This document shows positions 47,934-57,226 of a stretch of DNA of 64,000 nt, piece after piece. Positions within the stretch are counted from its first letter, which is position 1. Each line of letters opens with the position of its first letter. The notes under the pieces were generated by a model. The model did no database searches. It had not been told where the DNA came from and was given only the letters and a program-made list of their open reading frames with translations. Source of the stretch: an uncultured archaeon (GTDB taxonomy: Archaea; Thermoproteota; Nitrososphaeria; Nitrososphaerales; Gagatemarchaeaceae); assembly GCA_963817525.1 (NCBI GenBank), contig CAWFOU010000007.1, positions 672,001 through 736,000 of the forward strand. Reading direction: 5' to 3'. Made by a program: the position numbers and the translations under genes.

Positions 47934-48092
47934 ATGAATTGTGAGAGGTGCAGGGCGGGGCAGATGGTGGAGTACGAGAGGAAGATCCTCGCCGGAGGCA
48001 AGGAGGCGACCCTGAAGGGGAGGAAGTGCGACAGGTGCGGGTTCACGCAGCTCGACAGCGACGACGACGTCTGGTCCGCGGTCGGGCTCTAG
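47934..48092 (+). CDS. 52-aa zinc-finger protein (absent from ORF track)
   Basis: MNCERC...KCDRCGF. Confidence 0.7.
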   Translation: MNCERCRAGQMVEYERKILAGGKEATLKGRKCDRCGFTQLDSDDDVWSAVGL

Positions 48093-48133
48093 CCGACCAA
48101 AACCTCATTAATCGTTTACGCTGGCATACAATC

Positions 48134-48418
48134 ATGGCCAAGAGGACCTTCACCGTCGACACCGGGAAGGAGCAGATTGAGGTCGAGGGGACGAACTACC
48201 AGAAGGTCGCGGTCAAGTACCTCATGAAGCGAAGACGTTCTCTGCTTTTCACCAAGGACCCGACGAAGGTGGAGAAGCTCTGGGATGACCTCCCCCAGCA
48301 GGTAAAGATAATCGGAGCCCAGTTGACCAAGACCTATGGCGTGGAATGGGAGAAGGTGGGTACGAAGGAGTTCGCGGGGGCAAGGTTCACCTTCGAGCTG
48401 GAAGAGAAGCAGGCATAG
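48134..48418 (+). CDS. Conserved hypothetical protein
   Basis: MAKRTFTVDTGKEQIEVEG...KYLMKRRRSLL; host-like codon usage, TATA-like upstream. Confidence 0.7.
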   Translation: MAKRTFTVDTGKEQIEVEGTNYQKVAVKYLMKRRRSLLFTKDPTKVEKLWDDLPQQVKIIGAQLTKTYGVEWEKVGTKEFAGARFTFELEEKQA

Positions 48419-48807
48419 CGTGCTGGAACACGACCGAAGCTAAGCAAGGGCAGCCCGATGACAAGTTCAAGGCGACTGTCGTCGCGACCATCTTGGACTA
48501 CCGGCCGGAGAGGGCCCTGGAGGTACTCTGCGAGTACTACCACCTGGACGTGCCCAAGCTCGGGGTGGGGACGACCAAGGGCCACTCGAAGGGCGTCCTC
48601 GCGGTCTACTCGCCCGACAGGAAGGAGATCCTCGCGGTGAGCCAAGAATATCTCTACGACCCATTCGTCATGCTCCACGAGTTCTACCACCACCTGCGAC
48701 AGTTCGCGGGGCAGCACAGGGGGACTGAGAAGAACGCCGACAGGTTCGCGCTGGACTACATCGCGGCCTACAAGAGGCTGGCGTCGGGGTCCTCCACGAC
48801 CAAGTAG
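48346..48807 (+). CDS. Small zincin-like metallopeptidase (HExxH)
   Basis: VMLHEFYHHL...TEKNADRFA; start uncertain. Confidence 0.7.
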   Translation: MGEGGYEGVRGGKVHLRAGREAGIACWNTTEAKQGQPDDKFKATVVATILDYRPERALEVLCEYYHLDVPKLGVGTTKGHSKGVLAVYSPDRKEILAVSQEYLYDPFVMLHEFYHHLRQFAGQHRGTEKNADRFALDYIAAYKRLASGSSTTK

Positions 48808-48883
48808 CCCCTAGACTACCTACCCTGTGAAATGCAACTGCTATCTATATAAGAAGCCGGCCCCCCTCAGAGACCGTCCGAAG

Positions 48884-49489
48884 TTGCCCAACACGCTCCC
48901 TAGGGACGAATTCACGCGTATCGCCCAGTTCAGCGAGAGGGACGCCGAGGTGCTGCGCTTCCTTGGCGAGGAGGACTTGCTTGGCTTCACCTTCGAGGGC
49001 CTGAGGCGGAGGCTCGGGACCCACTCGGAGACGCTCTCAAGAATCCTGCATAGGCTCGAGGAGCAGATGATACTCGAGAAGACGCCGGAGGGCTATCACG
49101 TCACCCACAAGGGCAAGGAGATGATAGGGGTGAAGCCCCTGCTTTCCTCGACCCAGCACAGGGTCCCCATCCTGCGCACGCTCCTCCCCTACGGCCGGGG
49201 CTCGGGAGAGGTGATCTCCTCCCTCAAGGGAAGGTGGTTCGGGCCTTTGCGCTGGCTAGGGTACTCGGAGGACGAGCGCGGGACCACCATGAAGTGGGTC
49301 ACGGGCGACGGGGCGGTCCAGATCGACGCGATCTTCTCCGAGGGCGAGCTCACCATAGAGGGGGACGTCAGGGAGGGCCAGGACCTCACCGACGCCATCA
49401 AGGCGTCCTACCAGCTGGTTGGCCACCTCTCCCGCGTCAGCCCGGCGGGCCAGGACGGGCGCGTCGCGTTCTTCTCGATGCACAACTGA
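48884..49489 (+). CDS. wHTH-domain protein
   Basis: FTFEGLRRRLG.HSETLSRILHRLEE..I.EK...GYHVT.KG. Confidence 0.75.
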   Translation: MPNTLPRDEFTRIAQFSERDAEVLRFLGEEDLLGFTFEGLRRRLGTHSETLSRILHRLEEQMILEKTPEGYHVTHKGKEMIGVKPLLSSTQHRVPILRTLLPYGRGSGEVISSLKGRWFGPLRWLGYSEDERGTTMKWVTGDGAVQIDAIFSEGELTIEGDVREGQDLTDAIKASYQLVGHLSRVSPAGQDGRVAFFSMHN

Positions 49490-49580
49490 CGGGCTAGGCG
49501 GCGCCGCGGTGTGACCGACTAGGCGGATTCTCCATCAACAAGTATCCCCGCCTTCCTAGTACCTGCAGTGAATCGATAAC

Positions 49581-50492
49581 TTGAGTCTAAATACAATCGG
49601 AATACTGCAGACGATCTCCGGCGAAATCGAGCGTATCGCCGAGGGCACAGGTCGCTCGGTTGTGAGCGTCAGCTCAGGCCACGGCAACGGCTCGGGCATA
49701 GCCTGGGACGAGCACACGGTGGTCACCGCGTACCACGTGGTCAGGGGCTCCGACGAGGTGACCGTCGGGACTGAGGACGGAAGGAAGCTCACCGCAAAGG
49801 TCACGGGGCGCTTCAGGCGGTCTGACATCGCCGTCTTGACCGTCGACGGGGCGCTGAAGCCCATCGAGAGAGGGGAGTCCGAAGGCCTGAAGGCGGGCCA
49901 GTTCGTCCTCGCCCTCGCCAACCCCTTCGCGGGACGCACAAGCGTCACCTCGGGGATAGTGACCGGCGCGAACCGGAGCATAGGCGGGTGGTGGGGCATG
50001 ACCATCGAGGATGCGATCATCACCGACGCGCGTGTCAACCCCGGTTACTCGGGAGGCCCACTCGTCGACGCGGCAGGGCGGCTCATCGGGATGAACGTCG
50101 CCTACGTCTCTAAGAGGGGAATCGCGGTGCCCGTGAGCACGATCTCGAAGGTCGTGAAGAGGCTCGCGAATGGCCAGCCCTTCAAGAGGGCGTACCTCGG
50201 CATAGTCTCTAACCCGGTGGCCCTTCCGGAGGAGGTCTCCTCCGACAGCCGCGTGGGACAGGACTCTGGCGTGATGGTCTTCTCCGTCGAGGACGGCACC
50301 CCTGCGAAGCAGGCCGGCCTCTCGTTCGGCGACGTCATCCTGAAGTTCGGCGGGAAGAGCGTGTCCAGCTCTGAGGACCTGACCGGCCTCCTTGGAGAAG
50401 AGGCGATAGGCAAGCAGACCAAGCTCTCGGTGCTCAGGGGCGGGAACGTGGTCGAGCTCGACATCACCCCGACAACGGGGAGAGAGGAGTGA
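49581..50492 (+). CDS. HtrA/DegP-type S1C serine protease with PDZ
   Basis: TAYHVV, DIAVL, NPGYSGGPL, PDZ. Confidence 0.92.
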   Translation: MSLNTIGILQTISGEIERIAEGTGRSVVSVSSGHGNGSGIAWDEHTVVTAYHVVRGSDEVTVGTEDGRKLTAKVTGRFRRSDIAVLTVDGALKPIERGESEGLKAGQFVLALANPFAGRTSVTSGIVTGANRSIGGWWGMTIEDAIITDARVNPGYSGGPLVDAAGRLIGMNVAYVSKRGIAVPVSTISKVVKRLANGQPFKRAYLGIVSNPVALPEEVSSDSRVGQDSGVMVFSVEDGTPAKQAGLSFGDVILKFGGKSVSSSEDLTGLLGEEAIGKQTKLSVLRGGNVVELDITPTTGREE

Positions 50493-50582
50493 TGGGCTTG
50501 GAGCCTGGAGCGCCTCCACGGCCGCCTTCCATACCGGAGCCAGGGCCTCCCGTGAGGCCCCCCTGGTAGTGGGTGCATAGAC

Positions 50583-51545
50583 ATGGGTCTAACAGAGCTA
50601 GAGGGCCAGATTACCGGCGCCGTCGAGAAGCTCAGCGAGAGCGTCGTCGGGATAGAGAGCACAAGGATCGCCAGGGACTACCGCTACGGCATGGTCCCGA
50701 TTGAGGGCCAGGGCTCGGGCGTCATCATCGACCCGAAGGGAATCATCGTCACCAACAACCACGTGATCGACGAGTCGGCGAGGGTGCAGGTCAACCTGAA
50801 GGACGGCAGGTCCTTCGTGGGAGAGGTGATAGGCACCGACTCGGCCACCGATGTGGCGCTCGTTAAGGTCGAGGCTGACAACCTGCCCTACGCGACGCTC
50901 GGCGACTCGGAGAAGCTCAAGGTTGGGCAGATAGTCCTGGCCATAGGTAACGCCTTGGGGCTGCCCGGGGCGCCCACGGTCTCGATGGGACTGATAGGGG
51001 CGCTCGGAAGGCCTCTCCCGGGCACCGACTTCGTGGTCGAAGGTCTAATCCAGACCGACGCGGCCATCAACCCAGGGAACAGCGGAGGCCCGCTCGCCGA
51101 CCTTGACGGAAAGGTCATCGGGATGAACACCGCGATGATCCCGTTCGCCCAGGGCATGGGCTTCGCAATCCCTTCGGAGACCATCAAGAGGATCATGGAC
51201 CAGATCACCCGCAACGGCAGGGTGGTGCGGCCGTGGCTCGGGATCTCCGGGATGGACGTGAACAAGTTCGTCGCCAGGAGGTACAGCCTCGCCGTCGAGC
51301 AGGGAGTGCTCCTCGCGGAGGTCCTCAAGGACGCGGCCGCCCGTGAAGCAGGCCTGCGCGTGGGGGACATCCTCGTGAAGATCGGGGAGACCAAGCTCGA
51401 GGGGATGAAGGACCTGGTCGGCGCGCTGTCGCACCTCTCGATAGGGGACGAGGTCTCAATCCAGTTCGTGAGGAACGGCGCCAGCTACGAGACGAAGCTG
51501 CGGCTCAGGGAAGCCCCTGAGAAGCTCGTCGCCAGGCGCAGATAG
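50583..51545 (+). CDS. HtrA/DegP-type S1C serine protease with PDZ
   Basis: GSGVII, TNNHVI, DVALVK, IQTDAAINPGNSGGPL. Confidence 0.95.
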   Translation: MGLTELEGQITGAVEKLSESVVGIESTRIARDYRYGMVPIEGQGSGVIIDPKGIIVTNNHVIDESARVQVNLKDGRSFVGEVIGTDSATDVALVKVEADNLPYATLGDSEKLKVGQIVLAIGNALGLPGAPTVSMGLIGALGRPLPGTDFVVEGLIQTDAAINPGNSGGPLADLDGKVIGMNTAMIPFAQGMGFAIPSETIKRIMDQITRNGRVVRPWLGISGMDVNKFVARRYSLAVEQGVLLAEVLKDAAAREAGLRVGDILVKIGETKLEGMKDLVGALSHLSIGDEVSIQFVRNGASYETKLRLREAPEKLVARRR

Positions 51546-51582
51546 AGCTCCAGGCCGTTTTTTCGGGACGGCGGCTAGACCG

Positions 51583-51789
51583 CTAGCCGCTCGTCCTCGG
51601 CCTGGACCTCCAGACCCCTCCGACCGTCAAGAGGAGGCCGACTAGGAGGACGGCGAGGCCGTCGTAGATCCAGGCGGTGCTCTGGAACATGAACGAGCTC
51701 TTCGGGCCGACTATCCCGAGCCCTTGCAGGGTGAACACCAGTCCGGCGAGCGCGAGCAGGATCCCTGGGACGAGAAGATAGAGCCTCAA
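51583..51789 (-). CDS. Small two-TM membrane protein
   Basis: GILLALAGLVFTLQGLG...SFM...W; TTG start inferred. Confidence 0.7.
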   Translation of the reverse strand: MRLYLLVPGILLALAGLVFTLQGLGIVGPKSSFMFQSTAWIYDGLAVLLVGLLLTVGGVWRSRPRTSG

Positions 51790-51876
51790 GCTGTGACGCT
51801 CAAGCCCGTTCCGGCTAATAAACGGGCCCGCCAAACCTTCATTTGGGCTCCGGCGAGAAGCCCGGCGAGGCATCCA

Positions 51877-53070
51877 ATGGCTCCTCCAGCTCTGAGGTCG
51901 CGTCCGCCCGTCTCCCCGCGGGTCGCACTATTCCAGGACTCGGTGATCAGGGACATGACCAGGCTGGCGGACGTCTACGGGGCCATAAACCTCGCCCAGG
52001 GGTATCCGGACTTTCCCGCTCCCTCAGCACTGAAGGCGGCGGCCGCCCGCGCGGTGAAGGAGGACTACAACCAGTACGAGATAACATGGGGCTCGACCGA
52101 GCTGAGGGCGGCGATCTCCGAGAAGGCACGGCGCTTCAACGGCATCAAGGCCACGGGCGAGGACAACGTCACGGTGACCTGCGGAGCGACAGAGGCGATG
52201 GTCGCGTCCATGCTCGCGCTGACCGACTCGAGCGACGACGTCATCGTCCCCGAGCCGTTCTACGAGTGTTACCTCTCGTCCGCGATAATCTCGGGCGCAA
52301 GGGTGAGGCATGTCAGGCTCAACTGGCCGAGCTTCAAGCTCGACGAGGAGGAGCTGAAGCTCGCGTTCTCGGGCGGCGGCGGCCGGAAGCCCAAGGCCAT
52401 CGTGGTCAACACGCCGAACAACCCCACAGGTCGGGTCTTCTCGAGGAGCGAGTTGAGGCTCGTGGCCGACCTGTGCGCAGACCACGGCGTCCTAGCGATA
52501 ACCGACGAGATCTACGAGCAGATAGTCTACGACGGCGAGAGGCACGTCAGCCTCGCCACCCTGGGAGACATGGCGGGGTCGACGGTGACGATCTCGGGAG
52601 CCTCGAAGACCTACAGCGTGACGGGGTGGAGGATAGGGTACACCGTGGCCGAGAAGAGCCTCACGGAGGCGATCAGGAAGGTCCACGACTTTCTGACGGT
52701 CTGCGCCCCCGCCCCGCTCCAGAGGGCCGCTCTCGCAGCCTACAGCCTTGACGAGTCGTACTACACCGAACTCACGAAGAGCTACACGAAGAAGCGTGAC
52801 TATTTGATGAAGGCGCTGCAGGGGATGGGCTTCGAGTGTCTCAAGCCGCAGGGCGCGTACTTCATCCTGGCCGACTTTAGCTCTGTCTGGAAGGGCGACG
52901 ACAAGAGCTTCGCCGAGCACATGGTCAAGGACGGGGGGGTGGCCACCGTCCCGGCCTCGAGCTTCTTCTCGACCCCGGAGATGGGGAAGAAGCAGGTGAG
53001 GCTCGCCTTCCCCAAGCAGGACAAGACGCTCAGGGAAGCCGTCGCGAGGATGGAAAAAAGGATAGGTTGA
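51877..53070 (+). CDS. PLP-dependent class I/II aminotransferase
   Basis: INLAQGYPDF, NTPNNPTG, DEIYE, SKTYSVTGWRIG. Confidence 0.93.
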   Translation: MAPPALRSRPPVSPRVALFQDSVIRDMTRLADVYGAINLAQGYPDFPAPSALKAAAARAVKEDYNQYEITWGSTELRAAISEKARRFNGIKATGEDNVTVTCGATEAMVASMLALTDSSDDVIVPEPFYECYLSSAIISGARVRHVRLNWPSFKLDEEELKLAFSGGGGRKPKAIVVNTPNNPTGRVFSRSELRLVADLCADHGVLAITDEIYEQIVYDGERHVSLATLGDMAGSTVTISGASKTYSVTGWRIGYTVAEKSLTEAIRKVHDFLTVCAPAPLQRAALAAYSLDESYYTELTKSYTKKRDYLMKALQGMGFECLKPQGAYFILADFSSVWKGDDKSFAEHMVKDGGVATVPASSFFSTPEMGKKQVRLAFPKQDKTLREAVARMEKRIG

Positions 53071-53874
53071 ATGAAGCCGACCTCGAATCCCGACGGGCGC
53101 GTGCACACGCGCGCTCTCTATTCCCAGCTTGTGAAGTACTACGACAGGATATACTGGTGGAAAGACTATGACCAAGAGGTGGACTTCCTGGTCAAGGCCC
53201 TCAAGAAGTACGACGTCAGGGGGAAGCGCATCCTGGAGGTGGCCTGCGGGACGGGCAGCCACACGAAGATACTCGTGGAGAGGGGTTACGAAGTCACCGG
53301 CGTAGACCTAAGCGACGACATGTTGAGGATCGCGAGGGCGAAAGTCAGGAGGCGCTCGAAGTTCATTCGAGGAGACATGAGAGACCTCGACGCAGTCGTC
53401 GACGGAAAGTACGACGCGGCAATATGCCTCTTCAGCGCAATCTCCTACAACCTGACCCTCTCAGACCTGCGGCGGACAATCCAAGGCCTCTACGACCACA
53501 TCAGGGACGGGGGCGTCGCGGTCTTCGACACTCACTTCACAAGGAAGGGCTTCATGGACGGCCACCGAGGCGAGGATATTTTTGATGACGGGCGAGTGAT
53601 GGGGGCACGGCTGAGCATCTCGAAGCGCGAAGGGGACATAGGGGAGATCTCCTTCTCCTATCTGATCAAGGATGGCGCCAAGACCATCATCCTGAGAAAC
53701 GATGTCCACAGGCTAGGGCTCTTCGACCCGCAGGACTTTCTTCGGACGATGCAAGAGGTTGGCTTCGTAGAAACCGGGGCGTACGTCGACTGGACCTTCA
53801 AGAAGGCCAAGGAAGAGAACCAGTTCAGGGACGTCGTGTTTGTCGGGTGCAAACGGGGCATCGGGTCGAATTGA
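53071..53874 (+). CDS. Class I SAM-dependent methyltransferase
   Basis: ILEVACGTGSH, GVDLS, GDMR. Confidence 0.9.
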   Translation: MKPTSNPDGRVHTRALYSQLVKYYDRIYWWKDYDQEVDFLVKALKKYDVRGKRILEVACGTGSHTKILVERGYEVTGVDLSDDMLRIARAKVRRRSKFIRGDMRDLDAVVDGKYDAAICLFSAISYNLTLSDLRRTIQGLYDHIRDGGVAVFDTHFTRKGFMDGHRGEDIFDDGRVMGARLSISKREGDIGEISFSYLIKDGAKTIILRNDVHRLGLFDPQDFLRTMQEVGFVETGAYVDWTFKKAKEENQFRDVVFVGCKRGIGSN

Positions 53875-54056
53875 GATTGTGAGCGGGCCCGGCAAGTTTC
53901 GCGCCAAAAATGCAGCTAGAATCGGTTACGTACCGCGGGAGCCTCGCGTATTAACGTCGGTGGGTAAGTCGGAACACCGAGATCCAATTCCTTGACTCCG
54001 GTCTTTGAGGGCAAGAAAGCCAAGCTAAGACGGTAGACCCTTTTTCATCGCATGCT

Positions 54057-54554
54057 TCAAGTTGTCTTGGTCCTTCGGGAATAATCAGAGCCTGCATCCC
54101 TACGGGGGACGACAGCGCCGCGACAGTACTCGGCGAGAAGTGATAGGTTGTGCTCCCATCCCTCTTCGGCGTACTTGGCGAGTCCCGTAAAGAAGCCAGT
54201 ATGGACCACCGTGACCCTCGTCCTTCCGTCAGGAAGACCGTCGAGAGTCCACGTGACCACCGTGTTTGGGGCAGGGCCGGCGACCTGGCCGGGATTGACT
54301 TTCGGAAAGTGATAGGTGTAGGATACCTTCCGGTCTTGAACCAGTTCGAGGACCTCGCCTTCGAAGACCAGTTCGTTGGCGCGTCCCTCCCGACGGTACT
54401 TGAACTGAAGTTGACCTCCCACTCTGGCGTCCATCTTGGCTTCCTGCGGCAGCCACCTGACAAGCTCCTTTTCGTCGGTGAGCGCTCTGAAGACGACGTC
54501 GAGCGGGGCATCCACATCAATCGTCTTTCTGATCTCGAGGTTAGACAAGCTCAC
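54057..54554 (-). CDS. SRPBCC/AHSA1 domain protein
   Basis: IDVDAP..VFRALTD..L.RW, DARVGG, TVVTWTL, GWE..L. Confidence 0.9.
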   Translation of the reverse strand: MSLSNLEIRKTIDVDAPLDVVFRALTDEKELVRWLPQEAKMDARVGGQLQFKYRREGRANELVFEGEVLELVQDRKVSYTYHFPKVNPGQVAGPAPNTVVTWTLDGLPDGRTRVTVVHTGFFTGLAKYAEEGWEHNLSLLAEYCRGAVVPRRDAGSDYSRRTKTT

Positions 54555-54856
54555 TTCTTGGCCTTTGCTTCGACATGCTGCTTCAATCGAGCCAGGTTCT
54601 CGTCCCAGAAGCCATCGAAGAAGTGCATCATCTCGGACATCTTCTCCCTGTTGACCGAGTAGTATCTGTTCTGGCCGACTCTTCTCTCAGTGACAAGGTC
54701 TGCCTCCCTCAGGACTCTGAGGTGAGTCGAGAGGGCCGGAAGAGTGAAGTCGAAGCTCTTTGCCATCTCGGTAGGAGTCTTCTCGCCGTCCTTCAGCATC
54801 ATCAAGAGTTGCCTGCGGCTGTCGTCCGCCACCGCCTTCCAGGAACTTCCCATCAA
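54551..54856 (-). CDS. ArsR/SmtB family regulator
   Basis: KAVADDSRRQLL, PALSTHLRVLREADLV..RR.G..RYY. Confidence 0.92.
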   Translation of the reverse strand: MMGSSWKAVADDSRRQLLMMLKDGEKTPTEMAKSFDFTLPALSTHLRVLREADLVTERRVGQNRYYSVNREKMSEMMHFFDGFWDENLARLKQHVEAKAKK

Positions 54857-54865
54857 GAGATGTAA

Positions 54866-54886
54866 TATTTCAATATCTATTTAAGT
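54866..54886. promoter_or_regulatory. Candidate ArsR operator TATTTCAA-N4-TATTTAAGT (copy 1)
   Basis: Repeated at 55476-55496; overlaps promoter. Confidence 0.55.
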
Positions 54887-55019
54887 GTGGAGCGACCTTG
54901 GGTAGTATTACCCCCGTCTCCAGCGCCTCCACTACCCTCTCGACCGCCTCCCTCATAGCGGCCTTTTCCTCGTCCGAGAATCCCCGGGATTTCTTAGCGG
55001 CCGGGGTCCTGGAACTCAA
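54870..55019 (-). pseudogene. Possible internally deleted remnant (N-terminus resembles DUF1801-type proteins)
   Basis: AKKSRGFSDEEKAAMRE then abrupt loss of similarity; family resemblance recalled, not searched. Confidence 0.35.
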
Positions 55020-55039
55020 TTTCGATTCCCCGAGAATGT

Positions 55040-55450
55040 CTAGGGGCCCATTCGGGGCTGAAGCAGGCTGAACCTGTTCCCATCGGGATCCCTTAAGGTA
55101 GCCTGGATTCCCCAAGGCTGCTCGGCGGGCTCAGACTGATCGAACCTGACCCCTTGGTCCTTTAGGCGCTTGAAGTCCCCACGACAGTCATCGGTAACTA
55201 GGTTCCATTGAGGGCCACTCCCGGGCTTTAGCTGAGCGGCAGCAGGATCAGGAGACGAGCCGACTTGAAAGAGACTAATCTCTATGTCCTGGCCCTTCGG
55301 TGCGACGGTGATCCAATGTGGAGCTCCCGGAGGCGTTCCTGGAGCCGAGAATTCCGCCCGCTTCTCAAAGCCAAGGACCCGCGTATAGAAGTCGAGAGCC
55401 TTTGCCTGGTCGTTCACAACTAGCACGACGTTTCCGAGTTTTTTAATCAT
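55040..55450 (-). CDS. VOC/glyoxalase family protein
   Basis: VNDQAKALDFYTRVLGF, QPWG..A.LRDPDGN. Confidence 0.92.
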   Translation of the reverse strand: MIKKLGNVVLVVNDQAKALDFYTRVLGFEKRAEFSAPGTPPGAPHWITVAPKGQDIEISLFQVGSSPDPAAAQLKPGSGPQWNLVTDDCRGDFKRLKDQGVRFDQSEPAEQPWGIQATLRDPDGNRFSLLQPRMGP

Positions 55451-55475
55451 CTTTGGTTGCTCACGCCCTTCATAT

Positions 55476-55496
55476 TATTTCAAGGCTTATTTAAGT
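55476..55496. promoter_or_regulatory. Candidate ArsR operator (copy 2)
   Basis: TATTTCAA-ggct-TATTTAAGT upstream of VOC gene. Confidence 0.55.
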
Positions 55497-55579
55497 ATTG
55501 AATGAGTCTCCGCGGCTGCCGGGGACGCATTCCCCTCAGCTTCAGATAGACCGTACATATAGTCTAATTCTAGATAATT

Positions 55580-55673
55580 TGGCGGGCCCGGCAAGATTTG
55601 AACTCGCGGCCACTGGCTCTCTTCCATCGTCAGATAGAAGGCCAGTGCTCTATCCATTCTGAGCTACGGGCCC
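55580..55673 (-). tRNA. tRNA-Arg(TCT) with 16-nt intron (55619-55634), encoded CCA
   Basis: GGGCCCG/CGGGCCC acceptor, CTGGC-CT TCT A[intron]A-GCCAG, GTTCAAATC. Confidence 0.95.
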
Positions 55674-55864
55674 GCAAGCGTGCGCTTTGGCGATTCGACA
55701 TAAGTGTTTATGGGAAAGCGAAGCCCCTTTCGATGGCAGCTCTGAAAATCCCAAATTAATATGCTGTCCTAGGTAATATATTTGCGATTCTCATATGATT
55801 GTGATATAGAAGACCCAATTCTCGTTTCAAAGGCTTTTAATGAGTTCGCGGGGGAAACGGCAGC

Positions 55865-57226
55865 GTGCTCGCGCCCCAAGGACGACTCTTTGGAACTAAT
55901 GGCGTGCGGTTCATCCCTGGGGTGACCGGCGACATGGGCTTTGCGCTCAAGCTGGCAGAGAGCATAGGGACCTACTTCTCGGATGGCGAGATCCTGGTGG
56001 GAAGGGACGGCCGCCTCACGGGCCAGATGATGCTCTACTCTGTTACCGCCGGGCTCATGAGCTCCGGCAGGAACATCGCGGAGGCAGACGTGGTGCCCAC
56101 GCCCGCGCTGCAGTTCGCGACAAAGGCACTGGGCTACAGGGGCTCGACGATGATCACGGCCTCGCACAACCCCTCACAATACAACGGAGTGAAGGTGATG
56201 GGCCCGGACGGCGTGGAGGTCTCCAGGCTGGACGAGCAGAGGATTGAGAAGACCTTCCGCGACGGCACGGCCAACAGGGCGGACTGGAAGGAGGTCGGGA
56301 CCTCGAGGCCTGAGCCTTCAGTGATCAGGACTTACATCAACGGGATAATCTCGAAGGTCAACTCCAAGCTGATCGCGGAGAGGAGGCTCAAGGTGGTGGT
56401 CGACCCAGGGAACGGGGCGCAGTCGCTCGCAGTCCCCTATCTCCTCGAGGCGCTGGGCTGCAAGGTCATCAGCGTCAACGCGATAATCGACGGGAGCTTC
56501 CCCGGAAGAGGCCCGGAGCCCACCCCAGAGAACCTGAAGGATCTCACGGTGGCGGTGCGCGCCTCCAACGCCGACCTAGGAGTGGCGTACGACGGCGACG
56601 GTGACCGCTCCATATTCTGCGACGAGGGCGGGAACCTGTATTGGGGCGACCAGAGCGGGTCGCTCATCGCCGACTACATGCTGGAGAGGAACCCCAACTC
56701 CACGGTGGTCACACCCGTAAGCTCTTCGCAGGTGATAGAGATGGTCGCGAAGAGGCGCGGGGCCAAGGTCATCCGGACGAGGGTGGGGAGCGTCGACGTC
56801 TCCAGGACGATAATGGAGAGGAAGGCCCTGATGGGCTTCGAAGAGAACGGCGGTGGCTTCTTCCCGGCTCACATCCCCACGCGCGACGGGGGCATGACGA
56901 CGGCGGTCATGCTTGAGGTCATCGCCGCGAGGGCTGCGCCCCTCTCCAAGCTCATGGCGGCCGCTTTCCCGAGGTTCTTCCTCTCCAAGACCAAGGTCCC
57001 CATCGACCCCAGCCGGGTCCGGGAGATAATGAGGACCATCGAGCGCCAGGGCGGCGGCAAGGTCGAGAAGGTGGACGGGGTGAAGGTCTGGGTCGACGAG
57101 AAGACCTGGGCGCTCATACGGCCGAGCGGCACGGAGCCCATCGTGCGGGTATTCGTGGAGTCAGAGACCAAGGAGAAGGCGGACTCGACCGCGAAGAAGT
57201 TCGTGAAGGCAGTAAAGGCAGCCTAG
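55865..57226 (+). CDS. glmM: Phosphoglucosamine mutase / phosphohexomutase
   Basis: LFGTNGVR, ITASHNP, YDGDGDR, GFEENGG, IRPSGTEP. Confidence 0.88.
   Translation: MLAPQGRLFGTNGVRFIPGVTGDMGFALKLAESIGTYFSDGEILVGRDGRLTGQMMLYSVTAGLMSSGRNIAEADVVPTPALQFATKALGYRGSTMITASHNPSQYNGVKVMGPDGVEVSRLDEQRIEKTFRDGTANRADWKEVGTSRPEPSVIRTYINGIISKVNSKLIAERRLKVVVDPGNGAQSLAVPYLLEALGCKVISVNAIIDGSFPGRGPEPTPENLKDLTVAVRASNADLGVAYDGDGDRSIFCDEGGNLYWGDQSGSLIADYMLERNPNSTVVTPVSSSQVIEMVAKRRGAKVIRTRVGSVDVSRTIMERKALMGFEENGGGFFPAHIPTRDGGMTTAVMLEVIAARAAPLSKLMAAAFPRFFLSKTKVPIDPSRVREIMRTIERQGGGKVEKVDGVKVWVDEKTWALIRPSGTEPIVRVFVESETKEKADSTAKKFVKAVKAA

Larger units (their letters stand above)
53883..55595. mobile_element. Integrase-less islet at 3' end of tRNA-Arg
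   Basis: 14-bp direct repeat GCGGGCCCGGCAAG at 53883-53896 and 55582-55595 (tRNA 3' end). Confidence 0.65.
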
